Source: an uncultured virus (IMG/VR IMGVR_UViG_2548877036_000001) (Duplodnaviria; Heunggongvirae; Uroviricota; Caudoviricetes). From it: a stretch of DNA of 20,000 nucleotides. Position 1 is the stretch's first letter, and every line of letters begins with the position of its first letter. The notes under the pieces are model-generated. The model was not told where the DNA came from, made no database searches, and worked only from the letters and a program-made list of their open reading frames with translations. Positions 7,596 to 15,495 of the stretch are shown here, piece by piece. The DNA lies in IMG/VR virus record IMGVR_UViG_2548877036_000001. The stretch is one strand, 5' to 3'. Both the position numbers and the translations under genes were made by a program.

Positions 7596-9637
7596 CGCTG
7601 CACCTGCGCAGGCACAGGTACGCGCAGCGCATTGCGCAGCATGTACCGGGCGCTGTCGATATCTCCGACTTCCTTGTCGGCGATCGCCGCTGCCAGCAAG
7701 AAATGCACCCAGGCTTCAGACCGCTCGGGGTTCCCGAACTCCCCTGACCAGCGCTGCTGCCAGACGTGATCCTCGAGCCAGGTCGCGGTCGCGCGTGGAG
7801 CACCCCACAGCCTGAGCAGGTACTCGATAACCGCGTCGACGTCTTCGGTATCGATTGCGTCGACCTCGGTGCGCGCTTGCGAACCGGGAATAACGTTCAC
7901 CTCGGCCAGTTCGTGAGCGCCCAATACCAGCACGTCAGGCTGCTGTGACGCGGAGGGATCCGAGCTGACTACCGAGTCGAATGGTGCCACCAGCCCCAGC
8001 GCGACCGCATCGAGCAATGGGCGCCACGGTTGATCGCAGCCCAGCCAGCGCTGCACGAAAGAGTCGGGAACCAGGGTGATCAGTGGAGTCAGATTCGGCT
8101 GCGCTTTGATGCCTCGGGACAGGAAGCCCAAACCGTCGCTGGTGACGAACACAGCTTGTGAGGCGCTGATCCCGACGGCGACGTTCGTGAGCACGCCGGC
8201 TCGCTGATGCATGCGGATCAAACCCGCGGTGATGGATGCGGCGACGTGCTGTAGGTCTGTCGCATGCGCCATTCCGCGGGCCTCGGTGCCGAAGTCGCGC
8301 AGCTCGTCGTCGGGGGCGCTCAAGTCGGGCCGGAACGCCTTCCCTTTGGACCGCTCGGCGACTGCCGCGGCCCAAGACCCGCTCGCACCTGTGGATGGTG
8401 CAGCAGCTGCGGGCGGCATCCCGACCATGGGCATCATCGGCGTGCCCGGTCCGGCGGCGGCCGCGACCGGGGTATGTCCATTCGGTGTGAGCGTCGAGCT
8501 GGCGGCTCCGGCATCACCCGATGAGGCGTGTGTCTGCGCGGATGGAGTCAGCGTGTCGGGCCCCGTGGCCGCTTCTCCGGATGAGGCCGTAGTGGTGGGA
8601 GATACCGCGGCCGGAGCCGCCGTTGTCGCGGGAGTGGTCGGCGGGTTGTGCGGCTTGCCGTCGGGCCCGGTCTCTGACTCTGGGGCGCTCGGCACCGAGT
8701 GACGACCGGTTTCGTTAGCCGCGCTCTTGGCTCCGAGACCGGCTGGGCCACCCAGGTGCGCACCCGATCCTGATTCTGTCCCCGGCAGGTCGACGCGGCG
8801 GGCGTTGGACAGCGAAGCGCCCTGGCCGGTCAGCCCAGCGTTTGTCGTGAGCTTCTTGAGGGCATCCTCGGTGATCGGGACGCCCTGACCCTTGCCCTTC
8901 ATCAGTTCCTGGATCGCCTGCTGCGCCGATTGCACTGCGGGCTGCGCCATCTGGCCGATGTTGGGCATCTGCATGTTCGGCGGCTTCATCATCTGGCCGG
9001 CCACGTTCTGCAGCATTGACCCCAGAGCACCGTCGGGCATACCGGGAACGATGGGATTCGAGCTCGATGTTGGCGCCATCGTTGACGGAATCTCCGGCGC
9101 CGCGCCTTTCTGCACACCGGCCACCAGTTGATCCTGGGTCGACTTGTGGTTCTTACCCAGGGTGTTGGCCTGATCCTTGGCTTGCTGCAGCAGTTCGTCG
9201 TACTTCTGCTGGAACTCGGCCTGGTTCTTGGGCGAGGTGGGCCCACCCGAGCTTGCGTAGGAGGCAATCAGCTCCTCTACTGCGGCTTCGAAGTTGACCA
9301 CCGTGCCGTTGAGTTGCACCTTGGTGTTCAAGATGTCCTGGGCCATGACGCTGACGCCTTGTCCCATGTTCAGTTGCTTGAGCGCACGGTCGAAGTTCGC
9401 ACGCTGGTCCTCGGTGAAGTCTTCCAGCAGTGCTGTGGGCGTCTCACCGGTGGCGTTGGCCTCGATGAGCGCGAACATCGTGGAGGCTGTGTCCGAGGTA
9501 CCCACCGACTTGGCCGACTCCTGAAACAGCTCGAGCACCTTCTGCGCCGTCATGGACTCCGAGGTGACCGGGTAGTTGGACCCGATGATCTCCGCTGCGT
9601 GCGGAGTGGTTACCGGTGGCATGTCAGGCGTTGTCAC
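7592..9637 (-). CDS. EspK-like ESX secretion-associated protein
   Basis: Helical N-domain (GSNYPVTSE…), Pro/Ala/Thr-rich linker, and a C-domain with VAVG…VFVTSDGLGFL…P like the EspK C-terminal domain. RBS AAAGGA. Confidence 0.65.
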   Translation of the reverse strand: MTTPDMPPVTTPHAAEIIGSNYPVTSESMTAQKVLELFQESAKSVGTSDTASTMFALIEANATGETPTALLEDFTEDQRANFDRALKQLNMGQGVSVMAQDILNTKVQLNGTVVNFEAAVEELIASYASSGGPTSPKNQAEFQQKYDELLQQAKDQANTLGKNHKSTQDQLVAGVQKGAAPEIPSTMAPTSSSNPIVPGMPDGALGSMLQNVAGQMMKPPNMQMPNIGQMAQPAVQSAQQAIQELMKGKGQGVPITEDALKKLTTNAGLTGQGASLSNARRVDLPGTESGSGAHLGGPAGLGAKSAANETGRHSVPSAPESETGPDGKPHNPPTTPATTAAPAAVSPTTTASSGEAATGPDTLTPSAQTHASSGDAGAASSTLTPNGHTPVAAAAGPGTPMMPMVGMPPAAAAPSTGASGSWAAAVAERSKGKAFRPDLSAPDDELRDFGTEARGMAHATDLQHVAASITAGLIRMHQRAGVLTNVAVGISASQAVFVTSDGLGFLSRGIKAQPNLTPLITLVPDSFVQRWLGCDQPWRPLLDAVALGLVAPFDSVVSSDPSASQQPDVLVLGAHELAEVNVIPGSQARTEVDAIDTEDVDAVIEYLLRLWGAPRATATWLEDHVWQQRWSGEFGNPERSEAWVHFLLAAAIADKEVGDIDSARYMLRNALRVPVPAQVQR

Positions 9638-9719
9638 GAGAAGGTCCTTTCGCTGGTGCGGTGGCGACGATGATCACCGGAAGACAACGTGATAGCCCGC
9701 GCAGGCGCGAGAACACGGA

Positions 9720-10670
9720 TCATGCTGCGTTGACGACTCGGACGAACTGAGATCCGGGCGTGACGTTGGAGAACATGACGTTGGTGCCCGACTGTTGCGC
9801 CTCGACGACCATGCCGTCGCCGACATAGACCTGTACGTGCTTGCTCGGGTCGGTAGGAAACGCAAGGTCGCCAACTTCCGGCTCGCTTACCAGCTGACCA
9901 GCCGCGTACTGGTTCCCGGAACCGTGAGGAATGCTCACACCGGACGCCTGCGCGATCAGATACTTGGCCAGCCCCTGGCAGTCGTATCCGATCTTGTTGT
10001 AGTCCCCGGCTGCGTCGGCGGCACCACCGTCATGAATGCCCTGTGTGGGGCCGTTGTCATCACCCCCGCCCCACGCATACGGGATCCCAGCGGCCACCAC
10101 CTGCTTGGCGTTGTCGATGATGCGCTGCTGGAACTCGTTCTTGCCGACGCTGGTCGGTCCGGCCTTGCCTGCGCCTCCTGGCACCGATAGACCCTTGCCC
10201 GCACCCGAACCAACCGCGCTGTCTCCGTTACCGTTGAGCACATTCGAGATCGCGTTTTTGAGCGTGGGATCGGACAGCGATGACGGAAGTCCCTGCCCAG
10301 CTGAGGCAGCAGGAACCTGCGGCATCTGGGGCATGCCCTGCCCCATCTGACCAGCGGAGCCGAGTAGTCCAGAAGCCATCTGCCCCAGCGCCGGCAGCAC
10401 ACTGGCACCCATGCCGGAGATCTCGGAGGACCCGTTCTTGTCGATCGCGGTCTTACCCGCCGAATCCTTCTTGGTCTTCCCGATTCCGTCGCCGACCTTA
10501 TGCACGCCGCGCTTGGTCTGTTCGGAAGTGTCGTCGACGGCGGTGGACAGGCGGGGATCAACCATTCCCGGCATCGGTTTGCCGTCAAGGCCTGTCGGCA
10601 ACCCTTGCTGTGCTTGATCGCTCGCTGACTGAATGAGTCCGTCATCGGTGCTAATCGATGGTGTGGTCAT
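9720..10670 (-). CDS. NlpC/P60 (C40) peptidoglycan endopeptidase, RipA/RipB-like catalytic domain, no Sec signal
   Basis: PYAWGGG…GPT, GYDCQGL (Cys), GDLAF, HVQVYVGDG (His), VEAQQSG (Glu). Confidence 0.9.
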   Translation of the reverse strand: MTTPSISTDDGLIQSASDQAQQGLPTGLDGKPMPGMVDPRLSTAVDDTSEQTKRGVHKVGDGIGKTKKDSAGKTAIDKNGSSEISGMGASVLPALGQMASGLLGSAGQMGQGMPQMPQVPAASAGQGLPSSLSDPTLKNAISNVLNGNGDSAVGSGAGKGLSVPGGAGKAGPTSVGKNEFQQRIIDNAKQVVAAGIPYAWGGGDDNGPTQGIHDGGAADAAGDYNKIGYDCQGLAKYLIAQASGVSIPHGSGNQYAAGQLVSEPEVGDLAFPTDPSKHVQVYVGDGMVVEAQQSGTNVMFSNVTPGSQFVRVVNAA

Positions 10671-10675
10671 GGCCG

Positions 10676-11038
10676 CTAGGCCTCCTTCACCTTCGCAGCG
10701 CCGTGGCTGGCGATCGCGGAAAGCCCAGAAACGAGGGACTCAAGATCGCTGATCACGTTGCCCAGCGAGGTATTGGCGGCGCCGATCTGTTCGTCGGCCT
10801 TCGAAACCGTCGTTCCCACCGTGCTGAGTGTGTCGTTGTAGACGGGGGCGATGAGTGTGCCGGTCGTGGTCCCAGAGGAGGTCACGCCCCTACTCGCTTC
10901 GGCATGGAGTGCCTCTGTGGCCCTCTTTCCCTCGGCGCTCTTGGCGTCGATCTCGCTGCGGATCGAAGCCAGCTTGTCGAGCATCTGGCGGAATCTGTCG
11001 GTGTCCTTGATCGAGACCGAGGCGTTGGTGGGTGTCAT
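10676..11038 (-). CDS. WXG100-like helical hairpin protein (120 aa)
   Basis: Real start ATG 11038 (RBS AGGAGAGG), not 11143. Two amphipathic helices around IAPVY. Confidence 0.65.
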   Translation of the reverse strand: MTPTNASVSIKDTDRFRQMLDKLASIRSEIDAKSAEGKRATEALHAEASRGVTSSGTTTGTLIAPVYNDTLSTVGTTVSKADEQIGAANTSLGNVISDLESLVSGLSAIASHGAAKVKEA

Positions 11039-11061
11039 GGGTGGTGTCCCTCTCCTGCGGC

Positions 11062-11397
11062 CTAGGCCTTGGCGATGTCTTTGGCTGCTGCGGCGTCTGC
11101 GCCGGTGATCTTGGTGAACTTTTCGGTCATGGTTTTCGCGCATCCGTCCGCGGAGCCACAGACAGCGGTAATTGCCGACGACGCCGCGGTATGCCAGGAA
11201 CCCAACGCATCGAGCAGCGCGTGATAGATCGGCGCCGGCTCTCCGTTGGTGGTCAGCGATTTGGCCTCTTCACGAGCCTTGGTGACGATGGCCTCAAGCT
11301 TGGGACCGAACGTACGCAGATTAGCCACCTCCTGCTCGATCGCCTCAACCTTCTTCGGAAAAGCGTCGCGGTCCGCGATGGTGATGTTGTCGCTCAC
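11062..11397 (-). CDS. WXG100-like helical hairpin protein (111 aa)
   Basis: RBS AAGGAG then GTG. Two helices around PAPIY. Resembles the downstream neighbour. Confidence 0.7.
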   Translation of the reverse strand: MSDNITIADRDAFPKKVEAIEQEVANLRTFGPKLEAIVTKAREEAKSLTTNGEPAPIYHALLDALGSWHTAASSAITAVCGSADGCAKTMTEKFTKITGADAAAAKDIAKA

Positions 11398-11630
11398 TTC
11401 TCTCCTTAAGCCAGGGCGTATCTCTTCGATGCACTATTTGTTGCCTGCCTCACCCAACATGCAGGTTAATGAGCAACATGTGCCCGCATTTTAGGGCCAA
11501 TTAGCGCATCAACCAGGGCCCGAACACGATGAAGCGCAGATTTGCCACTCCGGGGATCAACAACCGTTCAGAGGAGATCGGCCTGTAGCCAGCCAATGTC
11601 ACGTCCCCGCTAGCCCGGAAACCGACAGGA

Positions 11631-11765
11631 TCACCAGCCGATGCAGACACGCTCATTGGTTTCCGGCGACTCTGCGCTTCCCTGTTCCGGCGCGCGGTGG
11701 CGACCGGTGTACTCCTCGATTTCAGGGGCAGCTTCTACGTCCAGCGGTGCATTCCGGTCAAACAT
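11631..11765 (-). CDS. Small 44-aa protein below the ORF-track cut-off
   Basis: AGGAGG, 4 nt, ATG. MFDRNAPLDVEAAPEIEEYTGRHRAPEQGSAESPETNERVCIGW, stop TGA at 11633-11631. Confidence 0.6.
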   Translation of the reverse strand: MFDRNAPLDVEAAPEIEEYTGRHRAPEQGSAESPETNERVCIGW

Positions 11766-12046
11766 GGGGCCTCCTGGGGAATTGTCGGTGCAACTGGAGC
11801 AGCGTGCGCCGCGGAGCAGCTACATGGCGTGCCGGACACGTCTATCGACGAGGCGACCGCGCACCCTCGTCGTACGAAGGCAGGCACAGGGCTTCGGATT
11901 TCACGAGATGCACACAAGCCCCACCGGACATTCAGCGAACGCGGTGTTCGTGAAAAGGTCATCCGACACAGGCAGTGGCGACAGGAGCACTCCGGCGACG
12001 CCTGAGCACACGAGCGATCAGCGTTGAACCAATGCTGACCAATGCC

Positions 12047-12118
12047 CCAGCCTCGTAGGCTGGAACCGACTCGGTGGCGCGGGGTTCCCGGGCGGGTCGC
12101 ATCTCGCCACCGAGTCGG
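12047..12118 (-). terminator. Tandem stem-loops right after the phage-like operon (terminator or RNA-stabilising element)
   Basis: Perfect 14-bp inverted repeat CCGACTCGGTGGCG (12066-12079 / 12105-12118), 3 nt past the stop at 12122, plus CCAGCCT-cgt-AGGCTGG (12047-12063). No U-tract. Confidence 0.6.
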
Positions 12119-12121
12119 AGG

Positions 12122-12490
12122 TCACGGAAGGCCGCTGCTAGGTTGGCCGAAAGCATCTCGTGCTGAAAATGCTGATTTGGAAAATCCAGCCTTCAGCGCC
12201 GCGACCTCACGCTCAAGCCGTTCGTTCTCCTCGATCAGCTCTGGGAGCATCGTCCGTGCTGCAGAGACGAACGCAGCATCGCGTTGCAACTGCGCGTAAT
12301 CCGCACTGTCGAGCTCGATCCCAGCGAGGTCCACCGAATAGATCAAATCTGTGGACTTGTAGTCGTCCGGGTCGGACAAGAAGGTGCCTGCACCGACGGA
12401 GAGCACTTCGTCGTCATTTTCACCGACCTCCCAGGGGCCCTCCGTTACCCCATCCAGGACCGCCCGTGCGCGCGTTGTCAATTCACTCAT
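12122..12490 (-). CDS. Ead/Ea22-like phage protein
   Basis: Start ATG 12490 (ATGA overlap). VTEGPW…DAAFVSAARTMLPELIEENERL is the Ead/Ea22 signature. Confidence 0.7.
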   Translation of the reverse strand: MSELTTRARAVLDGVTEGPWEVGENDDEVLSVGAGTFLSDPDDYKSTDLIYSVDLAGIELDSADYAQLQRDAAFVSAARTMLPELIEENERLEREVAALKAGFSKSAFSARDAFGQPSSGLP

Positions 12491-12762
12491 GACTGAACCT
12501 CGTATCGATAGTGCTCGCAGGGTTTCCGGTCCGGCCTGACGGTCCCGGGCGGGTCGCTCGCGCAGTAACGGGCCGGGTAGCGATAGTCCCGCAGTACCGG
12601 AACCTGGGTTTCGCGGTCGCCCCACTCGGTGAATATCTCAGGCTCACTGTGAAACTCGGCATCAAGGTCGGTGCAAGTCGATATCGGCGCGAGGTTACGA
12701 TTAGCATCTCGGTCCGCCCAGATCTGTTCGCGCTCAGCACACGTGATTTTCATCCACACCAT
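12487..12762 (-). CDS. Phage-like hypothetical protein
   Basis: Coupled at both ends (TGATG at 12762, ATGA at 12487). MVWMKIT…CEHYRYEVQS. Confidence 0.65.
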   Translation of the reverse strand: MVWMKITCAEREQIWADRDANRNLAPISTCTDLDAEFHSEPEIFTEWGDRETQVPVLRDYRYPARYCASDPPGTVRPDRKPCEHYRYEVQS

Positions 12763-13034
12763 CAATGGACCCCTTCCGCACATAGAGCCGCGGCGAGAAG
12801 TGTGGCAGCTTGTTCGCGAGCCTCGGTGGGCGTAAGCCAGGTGCCATGTAAATCGACACGGCTGCCCAGAGTGCTCGCGCCGGTTTTGGAAGATCCGAAA
12901 AAGTTCCACGAGCCTGACCCCCGGGCCGCGGGCAGTTCAACCACCGCGCATCCGCGCGATTCGAGCAACGTCGCCGCTGTGTCTTCGATTGCGCTTGCGA
13001 GGGTTGTCCAGACCCGCCCAACGCCTGATTTCAT
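12762..13034 (-). CDS. Phage-like hypothetical protein
   Basis: Coupled overlaps. C-terminal LTPTEAREQAATLLAAA motif of a kind common in actinophage small proteins. Confidence 0.65.
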   Translation of the reverse strand: MKSGVGRVWTTLASAIEDTAATLLESRGCAVVELPAARGSGSWNFFGSSKTGASTLGSRVDLHGTWLTPTEAREQAATLLAAALCAEGVH

Positions 13035-13387
13035 ACTGTGTCCTCGTTCGTTTCCGGTTGAATCAGGGCGTCACGCACCGCTCGTTCGATTCGCCTGTGC
13101 TGCAAGACATCCTCGGCGTCCTGGCAGTTGAACAGAGTTGTTCGGCAAATCACGACATGCCACCCTGGAATCCACAGGTAATGAACTGATTTAGCTCGCA
13201 TCATCACCGCGGCCAGCACTGGACGATTCGACAGGTAGTTAGCGTCCTTGGGCCATAACTTCCACGTCGAGAGATCGACCTTGGCTGACACATAGATCAG
13301 TATCAGTACAGCCGCGGCGGCAACAGCCAATCCCCCGATCAACACGGGGATGACCAGCAATCCCATCCAAAAATCGTGTGACATCAC
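13031..13387 (-). CDS. Hypothetical membrane protein
   Basis: Long N-terminal hydrophobic segment. 4-nt overlaps with both neighbours. Confidence 0.7.
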   Translation of the reverse strand: MMSHDFWMGLLVIPVLIGGLAVAAAAVLILIYVSAKVDLSTWKLWPKDANYLSNRPVLAAVMMRAKSVHYLWIPGWHVVICRTTLFNCQDAEDVLQHRRIERAVRDALIQPETNEDTV

Positions 13388-13569
13388 TGGCCCACCAGAG
13401 TCAGCGGATGCCGCGCCTTGTGCCCTTGGCGGTAATCGATGTAGAGCACGGGTTCGAAGATCAATTCGCAGACGAACTTCCGCAGGGCCTGCCCACGGAG
13501 CGCTGCATGATCCTCGAAACGGTCTCCCCTGCCGATATAGCTGGCAAAAATCTTCTGAGTCACACTCAC
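13384..13569 (-). CDS. Hypothetical protein (61 aa)
   Basis: RBS GGAGG then GTG, promoter upstream, coupled to the next gene. Confidence 0.6.
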   Translation of the reverse strand: MSVTQKIFASYIGRGDRFEDHAALRGQALRKFVCELIFEPVLYIDYRQGHKARHPLTLVGQ

Positions 13570-13581
13570 GGTGCCTCCAAT

Positions 13582-13623
13582 TTCTCTATTTTAGAGAATA
13601 GCGATGAGGTTTGGGAGTTGCAA
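13582..13623 (-). promoter_or_regulatory. SigA-type promoter with an inverted-repeat operator
   Basis: Minus strand TTGCAA (13623-13618), 17 nt, TATTCT (13600-13595). Inverted repeat TTCTCTA-ttt-TAGAGAA (13582-13598) lies over the -10 and start site in an AT-rich patch. Confidence 0.6.
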
Positions 13624-13647
13624 GCAAAACGAAGATCTGCGGCTACA

Positions 13648-14106
13648 TCATCCCAACAGGACGTGACGGAGCCTGTGCAGCGGTGGTGGTACAGGTGCGC
13701 CAGCAGCGGACAGCGCCGCCCGGAAGGACCGACTGAATTCCACAGTCGACCAAGGCTCTCCGGCTGGGTTGAGGAACAACAGGGTGTCCGGCTCCGGTTC
13801 GCACCCAACCAAATGCTCTCGAATCTGCTCAACAAGCACCTCGGGCAGCTGAATCTCGGCACTTGGATGCTTGGACGGCTCGAAACCAGTTCCAGACGCA
13901 TCCACCACAACGCGCCACCGCACATACAGAGTCATCCCCGCTGCGCCATCGACGATGTCCTCGCGCGAAAGTGCCAGCACCTCACCAACGCGCAGCTGGC
14001 AGTACGCGATGAGAAGGACCGGCAAGCGCATGCCCACGGGCAGGTGATTGGCAATCTCGACGACCTCTTGGACTCTGAGGTTCCCTCTGCGGGAGCTGTC
14101 AATCAC
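13648..14106 (-). pseudogene. Truncated tyrosine recombinase catalytic domain (no N-terminal binding domain, no catalytic Tyr)
   Basis: LIAYCQLRVGEVLALSREDI (Arg box), PSKH (Lys), LLF, LHRLRH (HxxR), then a stop five codons later. Confidence 0.7.
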
Positions 14107-14142
14107 CGGTCAAGCCTATCCCGCGACCAGTGACGCCCACGT

Positions 14143-14466
14143 CTATCGAAGCAATGACGCACTGATGCCATGCTCCCGATCCAAATGTCGCTGATGGAGC
14201 AGTGTGAGCTCCCCAGAAGCTTGAACGACCAGCAGTTCACCGCATTCGCCGCAGAGAGTGGCGCTTGGACCGCTCCCGTCGAACCCTTCTCCGAACTTGC
14301 CTACGAGGACGCTCCGATACCCAGACCGGACGCCACGCAGCACCGGGTTGCCACTCCAGTCCGCACCCCACACCGCGACAACGCCGGCGGGAACGGGCTC
14401 ATCCAAGTCGGCGATCTCCGCGTCTGTGAGCCGCTGCCCTGGCTGAAATTTACCGGGAGGCATCAT
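14143..14466 (-). CDS. Hypothetical protein with a C-terminal C2H2-like metal-binding motif
   Basis: CGEC…HQRHLDREH. ATGA coupled to the upstream gene. Confidence 0.6.
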   Translation of the reverse strand: MMPPGKFQPGQRLTDAEIADLDEPVPAGVVAVWGADWSGNPVLRGVRSGYRSVLVGKFGEGFDGSGPSATLCGECGELLVVQASGELTLLHQRHLDREHGISASLLR

Positions 14467-14702
14467 GCGTCTTTCGGTGCCTCGGCTAGGACGACGATCT
14501 CGTCGTCGGCATAGTCCCAGTCACCTGTCGTGCCGCCTTCGAGCGCACTGAAGAACCATCGGCCACCCTGGCGCCAACCCAGATACGTCGAGGCCTCATC
14601 GAGAGTGTTCCAACAGTCCCAGTCGTCGTCGTTGAAGGCGATTACATACTGGGCGCCGGCTACCGCGGCACAAGGTTCGATGATCGAATTCGGTATCTGC
14701 AC
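14463..14702 (-). CDS. Hypothetical acidic, Trp-rich protein
   Basis: RBS AGGAG then GTG. Coupled to the downstream gene. Confidence 0.65.
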   Translation of the reverse strand: MQIPNSIIEPCAAVAGAQYVIAFNDDDWDCWNTLDEASTYLGWRQGGRWFFSALEGGTTGDWDYADDEIVVLAEAPKDA

Positions 14703-14734
14703 AGAGAAACTCCTGAGTCGTCTTGGCTTTCAGA

Positions 14735-14956
14735 TCACTCCGACGCTGATCTCTCGGTTATGCGCACCGGCAGCGTGATCGCCGAGTACGCAACCGCTGC
14801 GGCGGATAAGTAGCTTGCTATCGGCCAATACCCAAGAGGGTGCGATGTAGGTGTTAAGGCCCACATGATGAACGCCGCGGCGGCAAGAATCTGCAGCAGT
14901 GCTAGCGCCCACTTGGTCAGGAATCCGCCCCACTTGATCTCGATGTTCAGGTCCAT
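14735..14956 (-). CDS. Small two-TM membrane protein
   Basis: Two hydrophobic segments. RBS GGAGAAG. Overlaps the upstream stop. Confidence 0.6.
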   Translation of the reverse strand: MDLNIEIKWGGFLTKWALALLQILAAAAFIMWALTPTSHPLGYWPIASYLSAAAVAYSAITLPVRITERSASE

Positions 14957-15495
14957 TTGTACTTCTCCATTCTCGGGTTGTTGTTGCGAATAACGTGGTC
15001 GTACAACGCCATCGCCGCTTGGGACAGTTTGGGTGCGGCGTCGCCCTCATAGGCTTCCGAGGCTTGCCGGATCGAGACGAGCATCGGATCAGGAGCGGTA
15101 CCGTAGTCAGGCTTTTCCATCTCCCCTCTGACCTTGATGACCGGATACCGTGTGATCCACGATCCGCGTTCATCGATGTACTCAATGGGGTCGAATTCCG
15201 CTGCGGCATCATGGTGGTCGGCCGGATCGTGTTCATGAAACCACCAGCCGCCGGTCGGGCAATCCTGCCAGAAGACGACGCCTGCGCACTCGACACAGAT
15301 GGACTCATAGACGACGTGCTGGCGTGAAGCAGAACGTCGGGATTCTCTCAGCTCTCCCTCTAGCTTCTTGAGCTCGGCGATAAGGTCGGGCATCCATTGG
15401 CGGAAAGACGAAAGTACCTGCGCTGTTTCGCGATTTAGGGCATATGTTGGGGCAGCCGCCAACGCGCGTTCGGCTCGTTCGATCAATTCACTCAT
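14947..15495 (-). CDS. Phage-like hypothetical protein (coiled coil plus CxxC…C…H cluster)
   Basis: Start ATG 15495 overlapping the helicase stop. MSELIERAERALAA…CVEC…DCPTGGWWFHEHDPADHHD. Confidence 0.7.
   Translation of the reverse strand: MSELIERAERALAAAPTYALNRETAQVLSSFRQWMPDLIAELKKLEGELRESRRSASRQHVVYESICVECAGVVFWQDCPTGGWWFHEHDPADHHDAAAEFDPIEYIDERGSWITRYPVIKVRGEMEKPDYGTAPDPMLVSIRQASEAYEGDAAPKLSQAAMALYDHVIRNNNPRMEKYKWT

Noticed and set aside
11641..12027. Plus-strand ORFs of 128, 102 and 68 aa
   Set aside because: No RBS and non-protein-like composition. The minus-strand 44-aa ORF has much better initiation signals.
13566..13925. 119-aa ORF as a frameshifted continuation of the recombinase
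   Set aside because: Its tail has no LGH or catalytic Tyr motif, and the region is better explained as promoter plus RBS.
13378..14133. 251-aa plus-strand ORF
   Set aside because: Antisense shadow of the recombinase fragment and its neighbour; no recognisable motifs.
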